64,000 nucleotides of DNA from Octopus sinensis (taxonomy: Eukaryota). This document shows positions 12,265 through 24,964 of the stretch, piece after piece. Positions within the stretch are counted from its first letter, which is position 1. Each line of letters begins with the position of its first letter. The notes beneath the pieces are model-generated. The model was not told the origin of the DNA. It worked only from the letters and a program-made list of their open reading frames with translations, and did no database searches. A program made the translations under genes and the position numbers. The stretch covers positions 168,454,001 through 168,518,000 of the forward strand of contig NC_042997.1 in the NCBI RefSeq assembly GCF_006345805.1. Direction: 5' to 3'.

Positions 12265-13557
12265 CGAGGGACGTTCAATAAGTAATGCCCCTGACCCACT
12301 TCCCATAGCAGTAGAGCAACGAAACTTGGCACAGTTATTAGTCTTTTTCTACATAGGAACCACCCAGAGTTACGCATTTCTCCCATCGTTTGATGCAGCT
12401 CTGGAGACCGTTTTTGTAGAAGACCCCAGCTTGGTCCTCCAACCACGACGTGACTTCAGAAATCAAGGCTGCATCATCTGGGAAACGCTTTCCTTTCAAA
12501 AACAACTTCATGGCTGGGAAGAGGTGAAAATCAGAGGGTGCAAGGTCAGGAGAGTAGAAGGGATGGGGGAGGAGTTCATAGCTGCACGCCTGTGCTTCTG
12601 ATCTGGCGACACGCGAGTTGTGGACCGGAGCGTTGTCCTGCAAGAGGAGGATGCCTTTGCTGATCTTGCCCCGCCTCTTGATTTTAATAGCTTCTCTTAA
12701 TTTCATCAAAAGTGAAGCATAATAGGCTCCTGTAATTGTGGTACTCTTTGCCAGGAAATCTGTCATCACTACTCCGTCCTGGTCCCAGAAGGCTGTGAGC
12801 ATGACCATGCCAGCGGAGGGTTGCACCCTTGCCTTCTTTGGAGGAGGTGAGTCACAGTGCTTCCACTGCATTGACTGGGCTTTGGTCTCTGGATCATAGT
12901 GATGGACCCAGGTTTCATCCTGTGTAATCAGTCTTTTGAAAAATTTTGACTCATCTTCTTGGTACATCTCCAAATTCATCCTCGAGCACTCGACGCGTTC
13001 TTGCTTCTGGAAAGGTGTGAGCAACCTGGGAATCCATCTGGCAGACACCTTTTGCATATGCAAATGGTCATAAATGATAGTTTCCACAGACCCGGTACTA
13101 ATCTTGACCTCATGGGCTATTTGGCGAATAGTTATGCATCGATCTTCCAAAATGGCAGCCTCAACTTGACGGATAGATGCCTCATCAATGGCAAAAGGGG
13201 GATGACCAGATCTGGGAGCTGTTTCCACAGAGTTCCGACCATGTTTGAATTCACGATGCCAGCATTTTACAAGGTCATATGATGGGGCATCATCACCATA
13301 AGTTACTTTCATTTCATCAAAAGTCTCCCGTGGTGTGCGTCCTTTCAAATACAAAAACCGGATCACTGCTCGACACTCAACAGGCTCCATTTCACACTTG
13401 ACTCAGTTCAAACACCTGTAAATCAGAAACCACAATTAGTTCAGAGCTGTAATTTTCCACTTAATCTATAGAGATATAAATAATTGCACATGCAAACTTT
13501 CAGCTAGATCAAACAACTGCAAGTGGGTCAGAGGCATTACTTATTGAACGCCCCTCG
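12265..13557 (-). mobile_element. Full-length mariner (DD34D, irritans-like), 1293 bp
   Basis: ~37-bp TIRs CGAGGG(A/G)CGTTCAATAAGTAATGCC(C/T)CTGACCCACTT and TA TSD at 12263-64 and 13558-59. Confidence 0.97.
12338..13390 (-). CDS. Mariner transposase, uninterrupted 350 aa
   Basis: N-terminal HTH, WIPRLL, DETW, QDNA and YSPDLAPSD motifs; 34 residues counted between the 2nd and 3rd catalytic Asp. Confidence 0.95.
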   Translation of the reverse strand: MEPVECRAVIRFLYLKGRTPRETFDEMKVTYGDDAPSYDLVKCWHREFKHGRNSVETAPRSGHPPFAIDEASIRQVEAAILEDRCITIRQIAHEVKISTGSVETIIYDHLHMQKVSARWIPRLLTPFQKQERVECSRMNLEMYQEDESKFFKRLITQDETWVHHYDPETKAQSMQWKHCDSPPPKKARVQPSAGMVMLTAFWDQDGVVMTDFLAKSTTITGAYYASLLMKLREAIKIKRRGKISKGILLLQDNAPVHNSRVARSEAQACSYELLPHPFYSPDLAPSDFHLFPAMKLFLKGKRFPDDAALISEVTSWLEDQAGVFYKNGLQSCIKRWEKCVTLGGSYVEKD

Positions 13558-13621
13558 TAGGATAAGGTTCCTAGAGGACAACATCATCATCAACACTGAT
13601 GGACAGTTATAAGCAAAGTAA

Positions 13622-13860
13622 GTATTACTCAATTGGTTAAATGTCTAATTAACTAACTGTTTGTTTGCTTAACTTGAATGAACAGTAAGACTTTTTTTTT
13701 TTTTGTCAAAGCTCTTTTGTGGCTGTTTGCAATGGAAAGTTTGCATATAGCCACAAAAGAACTTTGACAAAAAAAAAAAAAGAAAAGAAAAACGACTTAT
13801 TGTTTAACCAAGTTAAACAAATGATTAGTTAGTTGAATATTTAAACAATTGACTAATAAT
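13622..13860. repeat. Imperfect foldback / MITE-like inverted repeat
   Basis: TTTGTCAAAGCTCTTTTGTGGCT / TAGCCACAAAAGAACTTTGACAAA core; arms extend about 115 bp imperfectly. Confidence 0.75.
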
Positions 13861-14236
13861 AAAGGAGTGGAACTGAACCAGTGCATGTATTAATAATATT
13901 GGCACAATGACTATCCCTAAGCAACAAAATTTCTTTCAATACAGAAATTCACATAAAGAATCTTGTTAGCCAGATACAAAAACAATGGTGATTATATATA
14001 TATATAATATATATATATATATATTATATATATATATTATATATACATACATATATAATATATATAAATTAGAGATTAAATCGAAAAACAATTCAATTTA
14101 AAATATAATATATTTATGATATATTTTATTTTCTCTAATTTATATATATATTATATATTTTTATTGTGAAATTTGATTTAATACTAAATTGAATTTTTCC
14201 CTGTAAGTTTGGAGTTATACTCCCTAATATTATTAT

Positions 14237-14273
<37 letters not shown>

Positions 14274-14387
14274 CATGCATGCATGCATACATATATACAT
14301 ACATGCATGCATGCATACATATATACATACATGCATGCATGCATAGATACATACATACATACATACATACATACATACATACATACA

Positions 14388-14418
<31 letters not shown>

Positions 14419-14808
14419 GGACAAAGATACAAGAAAAAAAAGACATCTATTGACCATTAATAAAGAGTTCACAAATCCAGTACTCAAGATATGCATTCAG
14501 CTTCAAGATACATACCGATGTGTCGGGAACAAAATATGGCTGAAGTTTGGTTCTTGGGGAAAGATCGTAAATCCTTAATTTATACACTACAAATGATCAT
14601 GATATCTGGGACAATAAAAATCTGCAAGACCTTCTTAAGATTTAAAGGATGGTGAACAAAACAAGATGCTTCCTTTTGCAACCTTGCTACCAAGTAGGTG
14701 GTTGGTCATAATTTATTCTAAATTAAAAAGAGAAAGAGAACACACACACACATACATACATACATACACACACATACACATACATACATGCATACATAGA
14801 TACATACA

Positions 14809-14842
<34 letters not shown>

Positions 14843-15885
14843 CATACATGAGATAGCTGGAAGTTTATAGTAATTGTGGCTTATATAATTTTTTTTGAAA
14901 TTGTAATTTTTCTGAAATGTTTGATTCTTAAGATGGTGTAGCGTCCACATCCATACAGATAGAACTTAAGCTGCTGTCTTAGAAAAGAACACTTTTGGAA
15001 ACTATATTCTTGTCACCACCACTATCATGAAAGTTATAATCTGTTATTTTTATCTTTAACTCAGGACAGGAAAACAGTTTAGAAAAGAATTAAATAGAGT
15101 TGTCTATAAGAAAATTTTTGTTCATCAAAAAAATAATGAAACTTTCTGCAGTATTTAATCTTGAGACTTGTTTATTGTTTGGGAAAATGATAAACTTATT
15201 GTAAACTGAATTTTTATTTTTAAACTAATAGTAAATGGCATCACTTGTGTAGAGTTTTATCCACAGAATTAGAACCTTTGACCTTGATCTTGTAATATTA
15301 TCAACTCTAAGGCAGTGAGCTAGCAGAATCATTAACACATTGGATAAAATGTTTAAATTAGCCATATCCAACCTCTCACACCCACCCTACAATGTTAGTC
15401 TAAAAAATATACAGTTGCACAATTGAAATCTCAAAAGCTACAAGATAATGCTGGATAAATTCAAAGCAATGTGGGTAAATAAGTGTTATATTTGATATGA
15501 TAATCTGAATGCTAAACGGTTATGAACCTTTCTTCTGGCTCTTTACATTCCATGTTCAAATTCCACCAAGAATGACTTTGTCTTTTGTATTTTTGGTACA
15601 GTTTGAGGGAAAGTGAGCTGTTATTTTCCAACAGGTCAAGTGACTACATAAAGCTTTCCACATGGGCTTGTTTTATTAAGAAACTGTGCAAAGTTAGAAG
15701 CATTGCTGCTGCATAGAAACAGTGTTAGATTAAGGCCAACTGTTGCCTGAACCACATCACAACAGTAGGAAGCCCCATTGACATTTCTATTGTCTACTTG
15801 ACAAGACATTAAGGCATAAGTGCTGAATGTGAAATAATACACAGAAAATTCAATTTTCTTTCAAGTTGGGTCTCACAACTATATT

Positions 15886-16256
15886 AAAAACAAGAGCATT
15901 CAGAGAGCGCAAACCTCTGCCAAAGCAACACCAATGTCCTCTCAATGATTAACCAGAGATTATTTTTACAATGAGAATATCTGAAATAAACCCGACTGCT
16001 CTCACAAATGAGAATACTAAAAATGAACCTAACTGCTCTCAAAGATTAAGTAAAAAAATAATCCAGAATCCTTGTCTGGTACCAGATCTATCCCAAAATT
16101 TAATCAGTTCATGCCAGTCACGAGGCCAAACATACCTGAAAGTTTCATCCAAATCCATCCAGCCATTCTTGAGACATCTTGAGACATCTTGTTCAAGGAC
16201 TAACAAACAAACACAACTGAAAACAATACCTCTGCCTTCGCTAAGGCAGAGGTAAT
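15886..16256 (+). mobile_element. Helentron/DINE-1-like non-autonomous element
   Basis: Starts AACAAGAG with sub-terminal ACCTCTGCC. Ends in the 11-bp hairpin ACCTCTGCCTT-cgct-AAGGCAGAGGT (16228-16253) plus AAT. Confidence 0.65.
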
Positions 16257-16748
16257 AAGATAAAATCAGGAATTCAAGGAAATTGCATTTGATAGAAAAT
16301 AGAGTATAACTATTTGTGAAGGGGACTGAAATATGGAAAACAATACAAGATCCTTCTTGATCTGCCTCTTCTCTCCTTCATTTCTTGATGTTCATTAATT
16401 TTCTTAACTCACAACTCATTCTTTTCATTTGATCTGGTACTTGCTTCTAATTTTTACCCCCTTATTGCTTACTTTTTATTGCTCTATTAATCTCTCCTGC
16501 ACTGTTCTCCTATTTTACTTTCACTTTAGCAACTGTGCTGGTCGAATACAAATATGTTTTTTTCCTCTCCAGAGAAGTATATGTATCTGAAAGGTTAGAG
16601 ATTTCACTCATCATAGCAAACTTTATATTTTTGTATGAACTTTTACATATTAAAAATAATTCGCATCCCACCCCCCAAACCAAAACAAAACTATATTTGG
16701 TTATTTGACTGGAAACTTCTGCTGCATATAGTTGCTTATGGAGTGAGT

Positions 16749-16780
<32 letters not shown>

Positions 16781-16804
16781 GCGAAAAAGAGAGTGAAAGA
16801 GAGA

Positions 16805-17045
16805 TTTCTTTATTTCTTTATTGCCCACAAGGGGCTAAACATAGAGGGGCCAAACAAGGACAGACAAACAGATTAAGTCGATTACATCGACCCCAGTGCA
16901 TAACTGGTACTTATTTAATCAACCCTGAAAGGATGAAAGGCAAAGTCGACCTCGGCGGAATTTGAACTCAGAACGTAGTGGCAGACGAAATACCGCTAAG
17001 CATTTTGCCCAGTGTGCTAATGTTTCTGCCAGCTCACCGCCTTTA
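16805..17045 (-). mobile_element. SINE family B (GCCTTTCATCCTTTCGGGGTCGAT domain, Nin/Deu-like)
   Basis: Homologous copies at 22882-23278 (two in tandem), 24560-24710, 29660-29880, 30160-30585, 60135-60505 (inverted pair) and 63930-64000. Confidence 0.85.
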
Positions 17046-17879
17046 GTGAAAGAGAGATTTCTGTGAGATGAAAGAGAGGGAGAGAGCTACTTCATGTTCT
17101 TTTAAATGTGCTTTTGCCTTATGTTAAGAGATCATTTACCTGAGTAAAAAGAGGGAAAGATCGTATAATATTTCCCAATTTCCAAATAACTCATTTATTA
17201 GATATTCCAGTAGTTGTGGCTATTACTATTTCATCCTTGTTCTGGGCTACTGTAATTATTTAGCACAAAATACCAGTAAGCAATATCAGTAAATTATAAC
17301 TTATAAATAGGGAAACAGAAAAAAAAATCCCTTTAAACTTTCAATATTTGTTAGTTCATTTTTTAAAAAACTGTTGTAATATACTATTTGCACAATGATA
17401 AATCTAACACTAAGGGCCCTAAGCATATACTTATTTTGCTTAACAGTTCAACCAGCCCTAAACAGGATAGATCACTGTCTCTATAGATAACTATTTCATT
17501 TCATTTCATCTGTAGTTTCTTTCAGTAGGTATAAGACTTGGTTTATGAATGGGATTGAATTGCCTCCCATATTTTATTCACATTTTATGACTTCTGTTTG
17601 ACAAAGGGTTTTAAAGTAAGAAAAGAGGGGTTATAGCCTGGGTGTCATTAAGTATTTAATTTTGTTGTACTCTACTCTTTACATTATTGAAATTGTTGTT
17701 GTCGTCATTGTCATTGTCGATGTTGCCATTGTTCTCCTCCTCCTCATCATCATCCCCCCCCCAACACCATCAACGTCATTATCAATTACAGTCCATTTTT
17801 ATCCCTTGTGGTTAATTAAAAGTCAAAGTATTAAGAATGTAATTTTATAAGGATACCTTTCCTGATGAAGGGGATGTTG

Positions 17880-18200
17880 TCCACATGGTTTGTAAGATTT
17901 ATTCATTTTTCTACGAGGAGAAGCGCCCTGAGAGAAAAGTTGGATTTAAGAAGCATCAGATGTGGTGTGCAAGAGAGATGGCTGTGCTGGTATGGTCATG
18001 TGTTGCAAATGAATGAGCACAGCTGTGTGAAAAAATGTCACACCCTAGCAGTTGAGGGAACTTGTGGAAGAGGTAGACCCAGGAAAACCTAGGATGAGGT
18101 GGTGAAGCATGACCTTCAAACATTGGGCCTTACCGAGGCAATGACTAGTGACCGAAACCTTTGGAGATATGCTGTGCTTGAGAAGACCCAACAAGCTAAG
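17880..18200 (+). mobile_element. RTE LINE 3' remnant
   Basis: LREKLDLRSIRCGVQERWLCWYGHVLQM...VEGTCGRGRPRKT. Confidence 0.85.
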
Positions 18201-18329
18201 TGAGACCATAGCTTGTGGCCTATGCCAGTGGGTGTAACCAGCCCACTTATGAGTATCCCTCATTCATTGGACAATAAACTTTGCTTGCGAAGACCTATTG
18301 AGGCAAGTGAAATCAAATCAAAATCGCTG

Positions 18330-18808
18330 ATGTGGCTGATGACAGAACCGCCTGATTGGCACTCGTGCCAGTGGAATGTTAAAAGCACATCTGAGCATGA
18401 TTGTTGCCAGGGTCACAGACTGGCTCCTGTGCCGGTGGCATGTAAAAGGCACCATTCGACCGTGATTGTTGCCAACATCGCTTTACTGGTACGTGCCGGT
18501 GGCAAGTGAAAAACTACATTCAAGCGTGGTCATTGCCAGTGCTGCTGGACTGGCTCCTGTGCAGGTAGCATGTAAAAAACACCTTTTGAGCATGGTTATT
18601 TCCAGAACCGCCTGAGTGGCCTTCATGCCAGTGGGATGTAAAAGCACTCACTACACTCTCGGAGTGGTTGGCATTAGGAAGAGCATCCAGCTGTAGATAC
18701 TTTGCCAGATCAGATTGAGCCTGGTGCAACCTTTTGGCTCACCAGTCCTCAGTCAAACCGTCCAAACCATGCCAGCATGGAAAGTGGACATTAAATGACG
18801 ATGATGAT
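18330..18808 (+). mobile_element. SINE family C, opposite orientation to 5486-5935
   Basis: Internal tandem units, GGAAGAGCATCCAGCTGTAG domain, tail TTAAATGACGATGATGA. Confidence 0.8.
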
Positions 18809-18859
18809 AAAACGCAGGATGTATGTCTGTCTGTGTGTTTGTCATCTTAAAACTCAAGA

Positions 18860-19018
18860 TTCACCCAACTAATTTTAATGATAATAATGATGATGATGAT
18901 GATAACGATGATAATGATGATAATGATAATAATAATAATGATGATGATAATAATAATAAATAATAAATAATAATAATATTAATAATAATTATAATTATTA
19001 TTATAATTATAATTATTA

Positions 19019-19049
<31 letters not shown>

Positions 19050-19069
19050 TATCATTATCATTATTATCA

Positions 19070-19100
<31 letters not shown>

Positions 19101-19113
19101 TATTATTATCATT

Positions 19114-19148
<35 letters not shown>

Positions 19149-19157
19149 CATTATTAT
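18860..19157. repeat. Compound (AAT/GAT)n-(ATT/ATC)n microsatellite
   Basis: Direct reading. Confidence 0.95.
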
Positions 19158-19397
19158 CGAGTGAGAGAGCAGTGCATACCATCAAAAATATACAAAGCCC
19201 AACATACACATCATGACTACCCGTCTGATAAGGGTACACCAGGCACATGCATCACAACCATATGTGTGCGGCATGGTGATCTCATATCAAGATACACAGC
19301 ACATGACCTTGTAGGTGGGGCCGTTAGAATTTTCTTCTGGTCGAGTAGCCCATCCCACTCAAAAGGTCCCTGAATAAGGTTTGTTTAAGGATGCTGA
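19158..19397 (-). mobile_element. (AAT)n-tailed SINE-like family D
   Basis: Reverse complement of 20650-20893 and of the 3' part of 26232-26752. Confidence 0.75.
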
Positions 19398-20640
19398 ATG
19401 AACCACTATAAAATAACAATGAACTACTATAAAATAACAACAGTTGGACTAGCAAAATACTTAGAAACAAAGAGTGGAAGACTACTGCATGTTGTCAAGC
19501 AATGCAAGAAAAAGAAAACACTTTTCTCAATACACAAGTGGGCGACAAAATACAAAAAAGAAACAAACTACACTGACACATTGATCTCAGATGACAACAT
19601 AGCAGAAATGGTCAGAGAGACAAAAAACAACCTGAAAACTGAATTACAAAAGATACTGTAGAAGAAATAAAGAGACACACTACTACATGACCAATACCTT
19701 GTAAGGCTAAACAGAGCAGAAGTGAGCCTAAGTAAAAGCCAACAATGGCTCAAAAGCTCTGGCCTAAAAGCCAAAATGGAAGAACTGATTATCATTGTGC
19801 ATGACCAATTATAAAAACAGAATAATGAAAACAGGCCTCAATGCCAAATGCGGAATGTGTAGCTTGTATAATGAGACAGTTGACCACATCGTCTCAGGTT
19901 GTCCAGTCCTTGCCAAGTCTGAATATGTATAGAGACATGACAAAGTAAGCAGTTATATCCACTGGACAATATGCCAACATTATAACATCAAAACTGACAA
20001 GTGGTATAAGCATGTGCCAAGCAAGATGCAAGACAATGACCTAGCCACAATCATCTGGGATATGCCAGTTCAACCAACAAAGAAATAAAAGTTAATCACT
20101 CAGACATAATAGTCAAGGGTTGGGTAAAAAACACCTGTTTACTGATAAACATTGCAGCCCCTTCTGATCAAAATATTGTCAAAAAAGAAGTGGAGAAATT
20201 GTTGAAGTACAAAGACCTTGAAATTGAAGTATTCAAAATGTGGGGTATGAAGGTAAATACAATACCAATAATAATTGGAGCATTGGGCAAGATAAAAAAT
20301 AATATGAACAAAATTGTAGAAGTTATACCTGGATCCTCAACACTACACACTATCCAAAAAACAGCCCTACTAGGAACAGCTCACATCCTATGCAAGACAC
20401 CTTCAATCCAATAGTACAAACTAAACAAAACAACCCACAAATACATGACACACTCTACACATCATTTATCCAGTGAAATAAACTCCCATCAGCAAGGTAG
20501 AAAACCAATGTATTACACACTCAACACACAAGGCAAGCAGTAACACAACAAGACAGCACTACACCTCAAGGGGAAAAAAAACTAACACAGTACAGTGCTG
20601 GGAAGAGTTTGCACACTCCCAACAGCGAAAAAGAATACAC
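19398..20640 (+). mobile_element. Older Dong/R4-clade LINE 3' remnant (restriction-like endonuclease)
   Basis: QQWLKSSGLKA..EELII, C..C.ETVDHIVSGCPVLAKSEY, KYKDLEIEV..MWG.K...IPIIIGALG...ALLGTAHIL; many frameshifts. Confidence 0.88.
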
Positions 20641-20919
20641 AATGCTGCATACATCAGGGACCTTTTGAATGAGACGGGCTACTCGATCTGAAGAAAATTC
20701 TAACTGGGCCCCACCTGTAAGTTCATGCACTGTTTATCTTGATATGAAATCACCATGTCTTGCACATATGGTTGCAATGCATGTACCTGGTGTACCCTTA
20801 TCAGATGGGTAGTCATGATTAGTGTACTGGGCTTTGTATACTTTACTCCAGTGTCACTTTCATGGCATGCACTGCACTCTCACTCAATAATAAATGTTTT
20901 GGGGCATTTTGACCCACCC

Positions 20920-21168
20920 TGTAAACATTCTTTTATTCTTTTATCCCTTTACTTGTTTCTGCCATTTGATTACAGCCATTCTGCAGCACCACCTTAAAGG
21001 GTTTTAGTCAAAGAAATTGACCCCCACAATTTATTCGTTGTAAGTCTAGTACTTATTCTATCAGTCTTTTTTGTCGAACTGCTAAGTTACGAGGATATAA
21101 ACACAGCAGCTTCGGTTGTCGAGCGATGGTGGGGTGACAAACACAGACACACACAAATCATACATACA

Positions 21169-21205
<37 letters not shown>

Positions 21206-21345
21206 GATGGGCTTCTTCCAGTTTCCGTCTACCAAATCCACTTACAAGTCTTCGGTTAGCCCAAGGCTACAGTAGAAGATACTTGTCCAAGGTGCCAAAT
21301 AGTGGAACTGAATCCCAAACCATGTGGTTGGGAAGCAAGCGATCT
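20920..21345 (-). mobile_element. SINE family A
   Basis: Reverse complement of 8413-8810 with internal (TA)n. Confidence 0.85.
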
Positions 21346-22881
21346 TAGGGAATGAAAGCTGTACCAAACTTGCAACTGGATGCTAATGCATAGTACCAAA
21401 GACCTGCCTTATCTATCAAGACTAAAGACTTAATGCTGTATCAACTCAGAATACAAGGACCCACAGAATTTCGATAAATTTCGGAGAAACATCAGAAAAA
21501 TTACAAGTTTTATGTAGTTAGTGTGCTCTAAAATGCACTTGGACAAATTTCATTTGAAATACTAGATGAACTCAAAAATATGGTAAGAAATGCAAAAAAA
21601 AAAAAAAAAGAAAAAATTAGTGATGTGCAAATTTCTCATTCACAAAAATTAAACATGGAGAGAGAGCCACGAAATGAAATACAAGAAATGATTGATCACA
21701 TCAACGACAGTGCTCCACCATGGCCACAGACTGGCTGAAATAAGCAAAAGTGCATGAGTATGTGTGTGTGTGTGCGTGTGTGTGTGTGTATCTCTGTGTG
21801 TGTGTGTGTGTCCATCTATCCATCTAACATTAGAAAATGTGTTGTCTTTATTTGAATCATAGTCCTCAATATCGTCAATGTCTATATTATTTTATGGAAG
21901 TTGTAAAACTTTCAAAACTTGTGAAAAATTATGTGACCGAGATTTCTTCCATTTCGACACCAGCTTGTTGAAACTGCGACGTTGCAATAACCGTTTCTTT
22001 AGTTTTACAGCTGATGTAACACAACCAATACATCAATCTTTAACCAAGCTCGGTTTGTTTAGATAAAACAACATGTCAACCAAAACAGAGACTCATCCAA
22101 ATACGATGTGAAGAGGGGGAAAACAAAAGATAAAAGTAAAAACGGTTCTACCAAAATTTTCCAAGGTGGTGCCCCAGCATGGCCGAAGTCTAATGACTGA
22201 AACAAGTTAAAGATAAACGGTGAAGATTTCTGCACTTAAGGGTTCAATGATAAGTTTTGTTTAAAGTTTTCGCTTTACTCCGAGACTGCTTTCTATTGCC
22301 GCAACATCTGTATATCCTGGAACCTCTGACAATTGTTTGAAAGTTGAAGGATTTATTAATTGATGCAATGCTTTGTCAAAACCCAAAGATTTTAGCCGGT
22401 GGGTATAAAAAATTCATTGCACATAAAAATACTGTGAAACGGCAGAGCTAACTATTAATCAGAATTTGTCAACAGTAGTGAATAAAGTTCAACCAAAAAG
22501 AAAAAAAAAGTATCGCTGTTATTTACGATCTGTTGCGAAAGTGGTTCGGTTTTTGTTTATTAATAAATTAGCACCTTCGCGATGTTTCTAATGAAAATGT
22601 CGCGTATCATGATAGCAGTAATTACAATAAAGTTTCTGAACTTTTCTGCGATATTTTGAATACACTTTTAGCAAAGTCTCAAAATTAAAAGAAGTATTTT
22701 CAACGATACCCAAAATTGTATCGTTATGAAAGTTGTTTTGCATCAACTGAATAATAAACTTTCGACAATTGGAAATCCATATTTTGTGAGTGTGTGTGTG
22801 TGTGTGCGCGCGCGCGTATGCGTGTTTCCTACTATTAAATGTGATGGAATTTGTGAGCCAACAGATAACTGAAATACAAAC

Positions 22882-23278
22882 CTATTTCTTTACTGCCCAC
22901 AAGGGGCTAAACACAGAGAGGACAAACAAGGACAGACAAATGGCTTAAGTCGATTATATCGACCCCAGTGCGTAACTGGTACTTATTTAATCGACTCCGA
23001 AAGGATGAAAGACAAAGTCGACCTCGGCGGAATTTGAACTCAGAACGTAGCGGCAGACGAAATACCTATTTCTTTACTGCTCACAAGGGGCTAAACACAG
23101 AGAGGACAAACGGATTAAGTCAATTATATCGACCCCAGTGCGTAACTGGTACTTAATTTATCCACCCCGAAAGGATGAAAGGCAAAGTCGACCTCGGCGG
23201 AATTTGAACACAGAACGTAACGGCAGACGAAATGCGGCTACGCATTTCGCCCGGCGTGCTAACGTTTCTGCCAGCAGT
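22882..23278 (-). mobile_element. Tandem dimer of SINE family B
   Basis: Two ~190-bp units starting AATACCTATTTCTTTACTGC at about 22878 and 23060. Confidence 0.85.
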
Positions 23279-23389
23279 GTAGGATTTATAAAAGCAGGAG
23301 TCGAACCAGAATGCTTGATCGCCTTAATTGTAACCAAAGACTAGAAGGTTGAAATTCTGACTAATAGCACTATTCAATGTGTTGAAAAG

Positions 23390-23770
23390 CATTTTATCCG
23401 AGAATTGTGATGATGCCTCAATAATGTCTGGTGGTAACAGAGGCGTTCAGAAAACAATGCAATTTACAAAAAAGGATGAGCGGGGTAGAAATTCTGCATG
23501 TATACTATTTCAATCATCAGTTACATTTAGTGATTGTTCACGCGACTGAAGATAATGACATTGACTTATTTTTCAGGAACTATAAATAACAACTTCCTAC
23601 ATAAATCAAACTTGTTTACAACACAAAGGTACAAATTTGAAGCGTTTACTGGAATAATTGTTACCAGGACATCTAGCAGTTGTCACTACCATTCTTTCCA
23701 ATCATGAATACACCATGCAAGTGTATGAGGATGAAAGTTCTGGCATAAACATCAAAACTGGTATCTTGAA
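23390..23770 (+). mobile_element. hAT transposase remnant
   Basis: DDASIMSGGNRGVQK...HVYYFNHQLHLVI resembles YDGASNMSG...GVQ...YxHCxxHxLNL. Confidence 0.55.
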
Positions 23771-23852
23771 ACATTACTAGCCTCTAGTAAAAGCATTAAG
23801 ATCTTTTCCCTTTGAACGGCTATTCTTCTTGAAGATATTCCTGGTAAATTGC

Positions 23853-24265
23853 GGATCTTTTCGGTTTGAACGGCAGTTTTTAACATAATTTCTAGGTAAC
23901 TAAAAATTTTAAAACTTCGTATACTGGTAGAATGTGTTTATAAAACATCTTTTTCTCTTGGCTTTATTGAGAAAATTCTATAGTTTGTAAGATATTTGTG
24001 GTTGTTTTTTTCTTCAATTTCTGCAATTTCAATCAACCACTGACGTCTATTGAGGTAAAATACATTCTGTGCCGTATGAATATGTCCCTCGTTTAAGAAA
24101 CAGATTAGGTTTATTTACATTTGTGAAGAAAAAAAGATACCCTTCTCCCCACCCCTAACCCTAAAACAGATTGAAATGCAATAGATCGATATTAGGGTCA
24201 TAATTATGGGTGACAATTTCATATGACACCGCTAGAAAAAACTGCCGTTCAAACCGAAAAGATCC
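23853..24265. mobile_element. MITE with 8-bp TSD (Merlin- or hAT-type)
   Basis: TIRs GGATCTTTTCGGTTTGAACGGCAGTTTTT / AAAAACTGCCGTTCAAACCGAAAAGATCC; TSD TAAATTGC at 23845-23852 and 24266-24273. Confidence 0.92.
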
Positions 24266-24964
24266 TAAATTGCTACAACGGTAAGACCGTAATATGTCTG
24301 AAGGAGTTTCATAAATACGGTACTTAATATTTTAAAGGAGATGAAAATAACAGAAGGAAACTTTAAGAACATCTGTCTGACTAACAAATTTAATTTAGAA
24401 TATGATTGTTTTATTCCTCAATAAACGATTTGCATTTCAGAACACCTAGCGTAACCATTAGTAATAGCAGGACCCGTGAAAAATTCACGGAAAACATAAA
24501 AAATGTAAGCATCTGTAAATAGTGTACTGGTGCCATGAGAAATGTTTGTATATTATGACCGTCTGTCTTTACGTTCTCAGTTCAAATTCTGCCGATATCG
24601 ACTTTGCCTTTCGTCCTTTCGGGGTCGATAAATTAAGTATCAGTTGTGTACTGGGGTCGATCTAATAAACTGGCACCCCTCTCCCCACAAAAAAAGTCAG
24701 GCCTAGAAAAGTATATTGTGACAGTTACAGAATATAGAAAGTAATGTAATACCAATGACTTATATAATCCAACCAAAATGTCTGTTACACAAACGTAAAC
24801 GGAATTACAATTTAACCTTAAAATACATCGTACATATTCAAAGGACCTTAATGTACAAATTAAAATGCAAAAGAACGAAATAATAAATGGATTTATGAAT
24901 GAAAGTTTGGTAATTGCGTTTATTTCCACCACGCGACACTTATTATTGCAAATATGTTTTAAGT

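Noticed and set aside
11608-12285. 225-aa plus-strand ORF
   Set aside because: Chance read-through of intronic sequence into an RTE 3' remnant and the mariner TIR.
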